A stretch of 53,541 nt of DNA, counting the filler, from Bipalium vagum (taxonomy: Eukaryota): assembly GCA_037834085.1 (NCBI GenBank). It is 3 parts of 3 records of this genome, joined end to end, with 100 filler letters (N's around TTAATTAATTAA, not from the genome) between each part and the next. Parts side by side here need not be neighbours in the genome. Positions count along the whole stretch, not along the records: positions 1 to 18,946 come from JBBMKC010014982.1; positions 19,047 to 34,883 come from JBBMKC010143195.1; 1 more part is not named here. One strand, 5' to 3'. Each line of letters begins with the position of its first letter. Positions within the stretch are counted from its first letter, which is position 1. The position numbers were made by a program, and so were the translations under genes. Of the stretch, positions 10,566 through 23,199 are shown in pieces. The notes beneath the pieces are model-generated. The model worked only from the letters and a program-made list of their open reading frames with translations. It had not been told where the DNA came from and ran no database searches.

Positions 10566-10969
10566 AAATATTAATTTGTTTCATTTTCGTACTAAAAATA
10601 ATGTTTCATTGTATTCCATCACCTTTTTAATTGATATGATGGTTAAACTATTCTTTTTGATAGGTACGAACAGAATTTTGAGACAGAGTGTAAAATTATA
10701 AATTATTATAATTATAATTATTATACTTTGCTTAAACCTAACATTATTAATATTATAATTTTAAACCACAGATTTTTTAAACCCAATTATAATTATTTAT
10801 GATTTTAAATACAAAACATAAGTTACTCCCTTAAGATGATGTTTACTAAAAATTGGGTCTTTAAAATAATTGATTACCTTCATTTTTAATAGTAAAAGTT
10901 CGTTAACTTGAAGTCTAAATTAATTTGTTTAAGTACATTAACCTAATTAATCACTTTTACAGAATTTAA

Positions 10970-13900
10970 ATGGAAAATATTGATAAAATTGAAAAGTAAA
11001 TTTTAATTTAATGATATTCACATTTACAATATATACATAGGTATCCATATATAGATAGTTATTGGCCAGTTTGGCTTAGTTGGCGGAGAACCTCTTTTCA
11101 ATCTCTTTTATCTTCTGAATCAAAACTTTTAGGATGTAATACAATTATATATAAATATTATTACTTCTACATCACTTTTAGACGTTAGGAATAAATGTAA
11201 ACTCTTTTTTGTTCCTATAGCAAGTAATACTCAATATCTGCGTAGCTTGGTCGCAAGTCAATTTGAGAAAACTGAAGGCACAGAAAAGGATGATACAATG
11301 CCAATTTTAATGCTTCATGGACTTGGTGCTGGTATTGGATTGTGGTGCAAAAATATTGATGCGATATCAGACAATAGAAAACTTTATGCTATTGATTTGC
11401 TTGGATTTGGTTTTAGTTCGAGATCAAAGTTCCCAAAAGATCCTACTCATGTTGAAAATGCTTTTGTAAAATCCATAGAAGAATGGCGCAAGGCTCTCGG
11501 TTTGTCAAAGTTTATATTACTTGGTCACAGTTTAGGTGGATATTTGGCTTATTCGTATGCTGTGAAATATCCTGAAAAGTAAATTATATTATTTGTAGAA
11601 GACTATTTTATCTATTGATTTTTCATTTTAATTGTTTATTGTTGCTTCAGAAGACTCTCGTTACAGTAATATTATAGTATCTGCTTAATCTGTTTTTGTC
11701 TTTATTGATAGAAATTAATATTATTAATAATAAGGTAATCCTATGCTTTGGTGGCGCAAAAATAGGTCAAAATTTTGCATTTCGCTTATATAGTATAATT
11801 AAAAATAATTATAAAGTAGACCTATGCAATTTTATTTCTGATTTTTAATTTAATTTAATTCGTTTTAACATTAGCACTATATATATATTAGAAATATATT
11901 CATTACCCAATTACATATAATCTTTGATCGTAGTCCATGGTTGTTTAATTGATTATATTTCTTTAAATAATTAATAAAAATATTTAAATTCTTTAGAATT
12001 TATATTTCAACTCCATAAAGTAACACTCAAACTTATAAAAGAATCACTAATGATATTACAAATTTTTAATTATTTTAAAATAATATTAAGCTAAAATTTG
12101 ACCTACTTTGGCGCCACTAAAGTTTAGGATTAACAATAATATTATTATGTAACCTTTTAGAATTTATGTTAAATGTTTTAGTAATTGGTTGCAACAATAT
12201 TGATTACGCTTAAAACAGAAACGTCATTAAGTAATCAGACAAATCATTATTGTTCAATAACTGGTATAATGGTTATTATTACAATGTACTCTTGTTAAAA
12301 TATGACAATAATTCGTTAAGGTGTTTTAAAAAATTAAAATTCTTCAAACGATATGTTAATTAATATGTATTATCTCAAATTTTTATGTAAAACTGTTTAA
12401 AATTATCGCAATTTTAATAATTTTCACGGATAATAATAAATAAAATTATTGATAATAATAATAATAATAATAATTAATTTTTTAAAGAAAAAAAATATTT
12501 TAAACAAATAAGTTTTTATATTTGAACTTTTAGAAAGTACAATTATTTTAATATAAATTATATCTAAGGTATAATTATACAAAATTTGAATGTCACATTT
12601 GAAATTCTGAATTATTAAAATTCATATCAAAATGATTTAATGTCACTTGAATTTAATGAAGATTGTAATCAAATATGTGATTTTCAAATACTTTATTTAA
12701 ATAATGAGTGATTTTATTTAATGTTAAAAAATGTATCAAAATATTATATAGTCCTTTTCAAATTTAATGAACACTTTATATTTCACTTATAAAAATGATA
12801 TATAATACTTAGTTTTTATTGGGTCTATTTATGAAAATATAATGAGAATGCTTTTAATGTTTCGCATAATTGTTAATTAAACAATGCTTTCTTGAAATAT
12901 AAAACCTATATTATAAGATAACATTATTTATAAAATAATTGTTTTTAGTCAAATTTATTGGACAAATTAAAATTTTACCGCTTGTAATCATTATTTTGTG
13001 AAATATACTGAAAGATAGTCGGGGGATGTAGATCAGCGGTCAGAGCTGAAGGTCCCGGGTTCGAATCCCGGTATCTCCGATTAATTTTCAACTAACATAT
13101 TTGAAGTCAAAATTTTAGACCTATTACATGAAAAGCACAATTTGTGTAGAAATTAGATATTTTATTTCAAATAAATTGAAAGATTGATATACTGTTGTCT
13201 AAGATGTTTGAAGTGTGAAGAACGACAATTTATTCGATTAAGAAAGGCAATAAACTTATAATGGAGGAATCGAAAAGTATTAATAGTTAAAAAAAATTTA
13301 AAAGATGCAGAAAGCAATAAACAATTTGAAAAAGTTCCTCTGAAACGTATAGCGAATAGTCTTCTTTAACTCTTTATTCAAAATTTTCAAAAATATTTTT
13401 ACCTGAACGGCCGTTTTTTTTATAGTCGTAGAAATTTGTCTGCAATCACTACTGGTTTGTCTAAGTTAAATTTCTTTTCGTCACTCCAGATGACCTGCTT
13501 CCATTCGTCGCCTAATGCTACTTTAGTTTTCCCCCATTGCAAAAGCTTCAATTTGTGTTCAACTTTTATTGGTAGTTTCACCATCATTTTTTGGTATTTT
13601 AAGACTTTGGAATTGTTGATAACACGGCGGATAGTCTCTTTGCTTACGTTTAAGTTAAGTTCATGTTAAATTGTCGAGTTTGAATCGATTTTTTGCTGGC
13701 TTTGCGAATAATCAATCTTTTAGTTTTGGGCGAAATCTTTGTCTTTGGGCCAGGCTTACGATTTTTGCTCCATTTTTCAAATAATAACTTATGGAGCTTT
13801 CATTTCTGTTTATCTTATTTCCTAACCATCTGTTTGATTTTCTGGCTTCGTGGTAGGCCTTAATCATCCCTTTCTCAATGTCGGACATTTTGCTTAAATT

Positions 13901-16884
13901 TGGCATGGTAAGAATTTACTAAACATTATAAATTATAATTATTAATTATCACTTATTATATATTGTAAAAATTTGAAGTATAAAATTAAAATTGATAAAG
14001 AAAATCAGAATTCAATTTAGTGCGACAATTAATTATGGTCAACAAAAATTTTGAATTATATAAACAAATTAAATTTAGTTAAATTACAACTTAATTTAAA
14101 TAATACGATGCTGTTCAAATGAGTTCTTATATCTTTTACTTTCATCAATTTTATGAAAATTTAATTAGTTTAAAAATAATCAAGATTTCTTGATTTTACA
14201 AGGTGCGGCAGTTAATATGTGGCGCACTGTATAATCACTGGAATTTAATAGATATCAATAGTAAGTAATTCAAATATTCTTAATACTCTTAATAATTCTA
14301 AATACTCTTAATATTGTGTTAACATTTGGTTTCAGTGGTTCAACTAAACATATTTGATAAAGGACGAATATGTAGAATGCTAGAAACCGGATTGACTATT
14401 CGTGAAGTTGGGGAAAAATGAATTTGTCTACAAGAACTGTAGAAAATGGTGGACTCAGTACAGAGATCAAGGAAATTGTGATCGCCAAAATGGATCTGGA
14501 AGACCAAAAATATCAGGTGCAGACAGGATGCCAATTTGATATTGAAGGTTAAGAGAAACAGGTTCAAATCAACGACACATATGGTCAGAGAATGGAAGAT
14601 AGAAAATGATGTCAAATGCTCAAATGAGACAGTCAGGCGCAGGATTATTATGGTAGGATATCGTTCGTATCGCGCAGTTGTGAGAATTCCACTGACTCTT
14701 ACACATCGAAAAAATCGTTTAGCCTGGGCAAAGGAACATCTAATAGAATGGAGTGATGAACAATGGAAATCTGTATTATGGACAGATGAATCCAGCTTCT
14801 CGCTAGATTTCAACGATGGTAGAATACAAGTCAGGCGTTTGAAAAACGAAAGATTTGCTGACTGCTGTATTAAACATCATGATCGGTATGGCGGTGGAAG
14901 CCTCATGATCTGGTGTGGCATATCGTGGGAGGGTGGAACGACCGCAGTTATTATTGATGGTTCATTAACTGCTGCTCAGTATCTGAATGAAATTGTTAAC
15001 CAGCACATCATTCCAAATATTGCTGAACACAATCTTATGTTGCAGCAAGATAATGCTAGGCCTCACACTGCTAAAATAGTGACTGATGCTTTGCATTCCT
15101 CAAATGTTCAAGTTCTTCCATGGCTTGCACAATCTCCTGATATGTCACCTATCGAACATGCTTGGGATGATCTTGGGCGACGTGTCAGAGAAAATTATGA
15201 CCAGACTGCCACTACTACAGCAGAAATGGCAAGCAGATTAAAAGAACAGTGGCAGCAAATTCCACAACATAATTTTCAAAATTTGATTGCAAGCATGATG
15301 ATGATGATGATTACATGAATGTAGTAGCAAACGGGGATATCTTCACTTGTGTAATGATTAATAAAATTATTTTACAGAAATCTTATTTTTCATGTATGTA
15401 GTACTTTTTTGTGGAGGATTATATTATTATTATTCTTTTTGATTTGTTTTGGGTCTCACCATATGCAGACTAATAAACCTATCTAAATAGTTTTTTTGAG
15501 AACGTAATAATTTACTCTTGTGATTTAGTGTACGTCATTTAATTCTTGCTGATCCATGGGGTTTTAGCAAGCATGAAATGAGAAAAGATTCGATTAGAAG
15601 AAGTTTATTGGCCCGTATGATAATTGGATTTGGAAATTTATTTAATCCTCTGGCAATGGTTCGGTTTGTTGGTCCTCTTGGACCAAGTCTTATTAAAAAA
15701 GCCAGACCAGATTTAGGGATTTATTTTAAAGGTGATGAAAATGTAAATTATTTTTTTATGGTATAAAACTGAACTTTTTTTTAGGAAGACAATTCAGTGG
15801 AACCAGATGATTTATTCAATTATATATATCACTGTAATGCCCAATATCCGAGGTTTTATTTTTCTGTTATCGATTGACATAGTGCTGAAACAGGATATTT
15901 TAGTGGAGAGATGGCTTTCAGAAGTTTGCATTTCAATGTCGGCTGGGCTTATAATCCAATGCTTGATAGGGTTCATTCATTGGATAAATCTGTTCCAATT
16001 ACTTTTATTTATGGCGAACATTCTTGGATGGATAAGTGGCCGGCTTTATACTTTTTAAAGGAGCGACAAGATTCTTACGTAGATTTGCAAGTATGATTAT
16101 TGGCTTAATTATCTTATGATATTTATTTATTTAGTTGAAAGATAATTATTATTACCTTGGTTATCACATTCATGCTTATCTGCAACTAATATTATTATTA
16201 ATTTATTTTTTCAAAATAGTATGTATAATTGTAAAGTTTTTTGTAAAACAGTTCGTATATAACTGATAAATCTATTTTATTCATATTATTTCTTAAATCT
16301 CTTTTTGAAAACAATAAAAATTGATGATTCCCAATATGATCTCTAAATATATATGGATTTTTTTTAATAACTTCTGAAAATCAAAAAATCTAAGGGTTGA
16401 TTTAATTTTAATACTAAAATATAATAAATTTTGAAATCTTTTCAGAATTTATAGGTTTTTTAAATATTTTTACTCACTTCTACTGTATTTACATTTTTAA
16501 TTTTGATTCAATTTTTTCATTGGATAATCTTTATATTTTTTAATATTTACTTTCAATTTCAATATTTCAATTTTTTCAATATTTATTTTATTTCTTATTT
16601 ATTATAATTTTTTATTTTAAATTTTATTTCTTCATCTTTTTTAAAATTATTTTTTCACTGTTTAATAAAATTTTTAATTGATTGTGATTTTTAACTAAAA
16701 TTGAACTTTGTTCTTCTAGGTTATTCCGGAGTGTGGTCACCATATTTATGTTCAAGATTCGACAACTTTTAACCAGACAGTTAATCAGATTTGTGATAAA
16801 GTAGATACTAACTCTGATATTGCGGAAAGTGCAGAGAGAGATAGTAAATACGAAATTTGGTTTCAAAAGTATTTTAAACCTTAG
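10970..16884 (+). CDS. ABHD4: ABHD4/ABHD5-family alpha/beta hydrolase, ABHD4-like ((lyso)-N-acylphosphatidylethanolamine lipase-like). Exons 10970-10995, 11041-11135, 11182-11578, 15529-15742, 15785-15852, 15904-16090, 16720-16884
   Basis: The spliced GT-AG exons keep frame. Motifs: LHGLGAGIGLW, AIDLLGFGFSSR, LLGHSLGGY (nucleophile Ser, versus Asn in vertebrate ABHD5), HLILADPWGF, YHCNAQYPSGE, ITFIYGEHSW, GHHIY. Exon 1 is less certain. Confidence 0.9.
11736..12132. mobile_element. MITE in ABHD4 intron 3 (possibly piggyBac-type)
   Basis: ~40-bp imperfect TIRs taatcctatgctttggtggcgcaaaaataggtcaaaatttt / aaaatttgacctactttggcgccactaaagtttaggatta; TTAA at the right end, GTAA at the left. Confidence 0.7.
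13022..13079 (+). pseudogene. tRNA-Ala-derived sequence lacking the anticodon arm
   Basis: Acceptor stem GGGGATG/TATCTCC with G3:U70; D arm TAGATCAGCGGTCAGAGC; T arm CCGGG-TTCGAAT-CCCGG. The anticodon stem-loop is absent; TTTT lies just downstream. Confidence 0.75.
13400..14229 (-). mobile_element. Truncated Tc1-like element (5' TIR, HTH, first catalytic D)
   Basis: TIR TA|CAGTGCGCCACATATTAACTG on the minus strand at 14229; MSDIEKGMIKAYHE HTH; WKQVIWSDEKKFNLD in another frame. Confidence 0.75.
14340..15420 (+). mobile_element. Tc1 (DD34E) transposase, disrupted at the N-terminus; intact core ORF 14536-15318
   Basis: W.SVLWTDES, GGGSLMIWCGI, QQDNARPH and SPDMSPIEHAW, with exactly 34 residues between D and E. 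TIR-like end gtacttttttgtggaggattata. Confidence 0.92.
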
Positions 16885-17117
16885 AAGTCAAGTGACCTCA
16901 TATATCTTTTTTACGAATTGAAGATTATTTAATGAAAATAGATTTTTAATATTTTGTTAACCTTAACTATTTTAAGCTTTGTCAAACCTTCGATGAGATT
17001 ATGGAAGTTAATAGATAATTTTATCAATAAATAAATGCTGATCTTTACTATTTCTGACTTTATGTATTGTTTGTTATTTTATCATTTTAAAAAAATTTAA
17101 AGTTACCTACCCAAATA

Positions 17118-17476
17118 CCGGGGTTTTCCGAAAATAAGCTCTTCCGATAATAAGCTCATGGGTGTATTATCGGAAGGGCTTATTTTCGAAAAAAAACTAA
17201 TCAATTATGAAGGAATGGATGAGGACTTGCTTTTCAACAAGAGGAAACTACTTATCTAACTATTAACTTATTTCGAATGTTAAATCTGATGACAATCATT
17301 TAAAACAATAAATTACTATTTGAATTTTAACTATATTTAATAAAGATAAGAATTTTTATTTTTGAAAATATGCCCAGGGCTTATTTTCGGAAGGACTTAT
17401 TTTTGGAAAATTTGGCACATGTTTTATAGATTATTTTCCGAAAATAAGCCCTGGGCCTATTTTCGAAAAACCCCGG
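17118..17476. mobile_element. pogo/Tigger-type MITE
   Basis: TA|CCGGGGTTTTCCGAAAATAAGC ... GCCTATTTTCGAAAAACCCCGG|TA, with multiple internal ccgaaaataag/cttattttcg motifs. Confidence 0.85.
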
Positions 17477-17599
17477 TAATTCTTTTTTTAAATATTTATT
17501 ATTAATATCAATTAATTATAACAACCCATTTTATTTTTATTTACATCAGACAATTTTTCCATTAAACTTAATGTTATTTTATATTGATGGAAAATATTT

Positions 17600-18520
17600 T
17601 TTCAACTTCCATTGCATAACAGTGCTCAGAATATATCTTTAGAAAACATTTTACAATTGTCAACTTCTGCGATCAATTTATATAAAGGCGATTCTTGAAT
17701 GTTAATTCCTTTAACTAGTTCTTGTAAGGATGATATTTCATCTTCTACTTCAGCTGCAATTATTTAAAAAATCTGTGGATTGTCTCAAACTTAACTAGTT
17801 TCAACCACTTGGAAATAAATTTGATTCCATCTAATATCGTATATTTTACTACATTTATATATTTCCTTGAATCATTGAACATATTAGGTGTCATCCAGGC
17901 TTTGTACTGTTCATTTTAAAGATCTAATGCCTTAGTATCTATGCCTCTTAACATCGATTTAATTTTGTTTTTCTATTAAAGGCCCCAAAATTTCTGCTTC
18001 CTGAACATTTTAGCAAGCTGTAATTCTGTTTTGAGATTTTTTTCGTGCTGTACAATTTTTTTGATGCCTAGTGTTTTATCAGGCAGTATTTTTGACAAAT
18101 AGCTTCGCACCATTGAATGATTTTTTTCTTTATAATCTTCAATTATAAAATTGAGATTTTCTTTCTAATTTTGAATTATATTGATATCAATCATTGATAA
18201 TAATCACAGTCAGACCTAGTTGGGAAATCCAAAATGTGTTTATAAACAGGGTTTCTTAAAACGGGTAATTTCGATTGCATCACATACTGATATTACATAA
18301 TACATAGAAAATTAAATTTTATTTAAAATGATTAAATAGTATCTTGTATCATTTAATCATGCTAATTTATTTTAATTTTTCCTTCAAAATTCATGAATAT
18401 ATTTAAGATATTTTCGTCACGTGATGTTTCAGTCGATCGTATAAATTTCTTGATAGTATCAAGAGAGGCTAGGACTTCTTTCTTAGCTGGAATATCTGTT
18501 TGTTTCTTTCGTAGATTTTT
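17600..18520 (-). mobile_element. Highly degraded pogo/Tigger transposase remnants
   Basis: KAWMTPNMFND at ~17870-17905 and PAKKEVLASLDTIKKF near 18450-18490 resemble Tigger motifs. Confidence 0.35.
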
Positions 18521-18946
18521 CTTCTTTTATTATCCCTTAATTTGATAAGTTCCACAATATCTTTTATCTATTGATAACGAAGTCCCTTATAACAGGGTTT
18601 AGGTGTATTATCCACTAAACTTAACATAATTAGAAAATTTGATTATTTAGAAATATCTTTGACAACTATAGCAATAAAAAAGTTTTTCAGGCATCTCAGC
18701 TATAATACAATACCATCCACATGTTTTGGGCCACCTCTAAAATTTCGATAAAATGATGAATATATATAATTATAAGTACTTTAATCCTGTCTATATTTAA
18801 ATATATGATAGAATATGTTGAAGTATTTGTTTCCAATCAAAAATTCCCAAAGTAAAATTTTTGTAAATTTAGAAAAACCGATTTGTTCAGAAACATCAAT
18901 TTTTAAGTCATTTTGAATACAAGACTAAAACGTCAATAAAATATCT

Positions 18947-19046
18947 NNNNNNNNNNNNNNNNNNNNNNNNNNNNNNNNNNNNNNNNNNNNTTAATTAATT
19001 AANNNNNNNNNNNNNNNNNNNNNNNNNNNNNNNNNNNNNNNNNNNN
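18947..19046. other. Assembly join: 100-nt N spacer with TTAATTAATTAA linker
   Basis: N run, a 12-mer with stops in all six frames, N run; same structure at 34884-34983. Confidence 0.97.
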
Positions 19047-19789
19047 GTTGAAATATTTCGAATAGATTAGATCAATACTTATTCAAAACTTAACGTGGCT
19101 CGTTATAATTAATAAAATTCAGAGGGGTTTAGAGTGTGTTACGCTCGTGTTCGAATATAAAAGAGATTGAGTTTATGTAATATTTTTAATCGACTGGGTA
19201 TGAAAATATTTATATTATATATTATATATTATTTTCATTAGTATATCAAATTCAAATAGAACTGAATAAAAACACTCAAATGGTAGATATCGTAATAAAA
19301 ATCGTTCACTAAGACAAACAAAAAAAAACGATATTAATTTTATAAAATATATTTACTTTTTAAAAACTTTGCTGAACAAATAAACAAATTATTTTATTGA
19401 TATATCCCGGAGAAATATTAATACAAGATGAATTTTAATGAATACAAGCCTCAAGAACCCTGAAAAGAACAAGCGCCTCCCCGACCTACTAGATGTAGAG
19501 AAGGCAAAAAAATAAGTAATAAGAACACAACAAAGAAAATTAATTTGATGATGACAGAATAATTGGGGAGGTATCCAATTATTCCGTGAAGACTACAACC
19601 AAGCCCCAATCAACCAAACCAAAAGCAGAAGCAACCATTTCCAATCCAAGTCAAAAATCTGACATTGTGTCTATTAACATTATTTGTAACATTATGTAAT
19701 CATTAATTCCTTCCTACTTTCAATTTTTTTTCTCAGTTACATTAACATTATTCTTGACATTATGTGATCATTAATTATTCTTGATATTA

Positions 19790-20375
19790 TGTGATCATTA
19801 TTTCTTTTGATGTTGTGTATAATTTGATATAATCCCAAGTTGATAATTTTGGTGTAAAAATATATATATTGTAAAATCGTTCTTGACTAATCTGTTTTAA
19901 AAAAAATAATAAATAATAATAAAATAATAATTAAGTAATAATAAATAATGATTAAGGAGAATATAAAATATCATAGTAAATAATGTATAATATTAGTATT
20001 ATTTATGTGTAAGTGCAGATTAATATATATTATTAAAGTTTATAATATTTATTTATTTATTAAAGTAAAATATTGAAAAATTAAGAAAATTTATAATAAA
20101 GTAACATTAAGTTACTAATAATAGAACATAGGTAAGAATTTTTATATTGGGAAATAAGAAAATGGTAAAAATAGAAAAAAGAAGGATAGCAGAATTATAT
20201 TAGGGAAAAGAAAGTTACTGATTATAGAAAAGAAGGTAAAAAGAACATTATAAAAGAAAACAAAAATTACAAGAAGACAGAAACGAAAAAATAATTTAGA
20301 TCTGACAAGTACAGTTCATTATCAGTTAAAGCACGACAGAAAATTTAAATCAAAGCCTACAGTTCGTGACATTCT
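19790..20375 (+). repeat. Dispersed AT-rich repeat, homologous to ~33960-34600 (inverted)
   Basis: Shared blocks, e.g. ttactaataatagaa...aagaaaatggtaaaaatagaaaaaagaagga.a.cagaat.atat.taggga and atcaa(a)gcctaca. Confidence 0.65.
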
Positions 20376-20379
20376 AATT

Positions 20380-20830
20380 TTCCAGAATTGGAAAGATAAT
20401 TATATAATTGGTTTCTGCAACAACGATCTATGAAATAAATCGTAACCAATGATATGCTCAAAGTGAAAACCATGGATAGACATATATAGACATCTAAGTC
20501 TTCCTGTTACATTATTACTCGTGGATAATGCAACTTGTCATCAAACATTAATGTCAGTGACAGAACATGAAGATTTATACTTTCCGCCCAATATGACACT
20601 TTATTTACAACCTTTTGATCAATATGTCATCAAATCATTTAAATGTTGTTTTCAGAAGCATCTTCTGAAAACACTAGGATATAGAAAAGAATATAAACAC
20701 GTTTCACATAGCAGCATAAATCTTAAAAATGTTGCATACATGGCAGTGGAATCGTGGAATGAAGTTCCTGAAATTGTTATAGAGAATGCTTTTAAGCATT
20801 TATATTCATCTAATATTACATTTTTATTGG
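20380..20830 (+). mobile_element. pogo/Tigger (CENP-B HTH + DDE_1) transposase fragment
   Basis: ELER*LYNWFLQQR...VTNDMLK; LLLVDNATCH, FPPNMT..LQPFDQ.VIKSFK, SWNEV....IENAF. Confidence 0.8.
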
Positions 20831-20834
20831 ATTT

Positions 20835-22452
20835 ACCAAAAAGATGAATTCGGCAAGGAATTTGTAGTGGCATATGGTTCACATGCAATGAGCAAACATG
20901 AAGTTGGATATTGCATCACTCACAAGGAATTACTGGCGATGTATTACTTTTGTAATCATTTCAGGCACTGTTTGTACTGAAAGCGATTTACGTTAAGGTC
21001 GGACCATAAAGCTATTGCTTTTATGATGGTTTCAAAGAAACCAATAACTCCACAATTTCAGAATTGGATAAACTTTTTGAGTGGATTGCATATAAAATTC
21101 GAATACAGACGTGGTAGTGAACACAACAACGCCGATTCAATGTCAAGAACAAGATTTAATCAATGCATTCAATGTCAAATGAGACATTAGGACGCAAAGA
21201 CATCTAAAAATCCAGTAAGATCAATCAATGTTGAACAACCATGATGAATGTGTTTCAAATAATTATAATGACAGCTCAAAGATAAACCCGCTTGATGGTA
21301 AAAAACGTGGATCCCGGCGAACAAACAAAAAGAATTCATCATGTCGGCTCATAAAATGCTGACACACGCTGGTGCAGAGAAAGTAATTTCATATCTGTGT
21401 CAAAATTTTGATATGCAACGCATGTGGGAATGTGTTAGAGAGGTTATTGACGGTTGTGAGGACTGCAAAAGAACCAAAACCATGTCGATAAAAATAAAAG
21501 AACAAACAAGAGAAATTTGAAAAAATATTTTTGATGTGTGTGGACCCTTTGCAGTGACCAGAGTTGAAAAGAGGTATATTTTAGGTATTATTGATCATTT
21601 CAGCCGATACATAAAACTAATGCCAATTGTAAGACAAGACGAGCAAACTATATGTAAAGCCTTAAAAGAAAAGTGGATTTTGATATTTGGAGCTCCAAAA
21701 GAAATAAACGTTGACAGTGGAAGGAGTTTTCTGTCAGCACAAATGAAGACGCTTGCAAGCCATGTCAAAGCAACTCTATGAGTATCAAGTCCTTACCATC
21801 AAAACAGCAACGGAATGATAGAGAGACAATTCAGGACAATAAGAGAGATGCTGATGGCGTCTCAAAAGTCAAGAAAAGGTGAAACCTGGGCCTCAATACT
21901 TCCAGATATCGAATTTACTATAAATGCTACGGTGCAGAAGGCAACAGGTAGAAGTCCAGCGGAAATTATATTCGAAAAGAAAATATTTCGTGATGAGTGG
22001 TATGGCAAAGATAACACATATTCAGATGATCAATCAACAGCGGCAGAAAAAACAAAAAGGATTTTCGATATTGGAGAAAAAGTATTGATAAAAACTGAAA
22101 ATAGAAGAAAAATGGATGATCGTTTTTTGGGACCATTCACAGTGATAGAAAAAATACATCCAAGGAGATATAAAATCCGAGATGAGCTAGGTCGAACTCT
22201 GGAGCATAATGTGGAGAAGATGCGCAAACTTTTATCGAGCGGGGATGTTATATAATAATTTAAAGTATTTGTTTATATAAATTAGTTTTGATAAATAAAC
22301 AGTTTTTAAAAAGTAGTTTAGTGTTTTGCATTTAATGAATAATTTAGGAGAAGAATCAATAATCAACCTATCAATTATTATTAAAATTTTCGATAAAAAG
22401 ATGATTTTTTAATCGTTTAATTGGGGGTTCATGATGCTCTCTCAATATTACA
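20835..22452 (+). mobile_element. Gypsy 3' fragment: RNase H-integrase pseudogene, PPT and probable 3' LTR (from 22246)
   Basis: VVAYGSH...YCITHKELLA; DVCGPF, IIDHFSRY, FGAPKEINVDSG, NGMIERQFRT, GPF motif. GAGCGGGGA is followed by TGTTATAT; possible LTR end ATATTACA at 22452. Confidence 0.85.
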
Positions 22453-22529
22453 TCGAGATGCTATGATGATATCTTATTAACGGTTTTTGATTTATTTATA
22501 ATTAAGGGAGTGAAATATGTATCTAGCAA

Positions 22530-23063
22530 TCACCAATGGTGCTGATAATATATGTATTGCTCAAATTCAATCATATGCTTTCCAATTGGTATATTATTTA
22601 GGGTTATGTTTGTGCTATTTTTATACAATATGCCACATGATTTTTTATGAGTATAGGGTGAATATATAGTGCATACTATTTTTTCGAGTAAATGTGCTGT
22701 GTATTTCCAACTTCTACTGTCTGAAAAAATTGTAATGGGTAATTGGAGGTTTTGGAATTTAACCTGATGATAAATGAGGCAATGTTTATTTTGGGAGATA
22801 TCGGTAATAGTAATGTTAATGTAATATTGATCAAATTTGTCTAAATATCTTAGTAGGATTGTTTGTGAGCCTGGATGTAAGGGTGTTGATGACAATTGAG
22901 TGGTTTTTGTTATGACAGATGTATTAATATCGGTGGATGTCATGGGTTCTACTAGAATAGCAATAGTTCGGAAAAGTGTAAATATAGCAATATTGGTGCG
23001 ATAACCTGTCCATTTAAAGGATTTTACTTGTATACAGCATAGTAATAAGAGTGTGAAAGACAA
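22530..23063 (-). CDS. Post-integrase ORF with signal-peptide-like N-terminus (env position), unknown family
   Basis: SFTLLLLCCIQVKS hydrophobic leader, NxT/S sequons (NIT, NST), several Cys; lies immediately after the integrase C-terminus. Confidence 0.4.
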   Translation of the reverse strand: MSFTLLLLCCIQVKSFKWTGYRTNIAIFTLFRTIAILVEPMTSTDINTSVITKTTQLSSTPLHPGSQTILLRYLDKFDQYYINITITDISQNKHCLIYHQVKFQNLQLPITIFSDSRSWKYTAHLLEKIVCTIYSPYTHKKSCGILYKNSTNITLNNIPIGKHMIEFEQYIYYQHHW

Positions 23064-23199
23064 AAGTTTATTTGAACGTAAGTTGTATCGAGGAGAAGGT
23101 GATGTGTCGATTTGTGGTTTTTTGGCTTTATAAATGTTATTAGATGTGGTCAGTTGATCAATATTTTCAATAATATTGTCATTTGCTTTCTTACATCGG

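Noticed and set aside
14340-14813. 157-aa minus-strand ORF (and similar antisense ORFs at 52211-52630, 22030-22227, 42073-42258)
   Set aside because: Antisense shadows of the real Tc1, Shaw and integrase coding sequences.
17118-17476. Iterated ccgaaaataag motifs as a regulatory array
   Set aside because: Explained as sub-terminal repeats of a TA-flanked MITE.
18991-19002. TTAATTAATTAA palindrome between N runs (also at ~34928-34939)
   Set aside because: Artificial contig-joining linker with stops in all frames; not biological.
19680-19805. Short repeats (ttattcttga.attatgtgatcatta) resembling an array
   Set aside because: Two to three adjacent degenerate tandem units with no unique spacers; eukaryotic context; not CRISPR.
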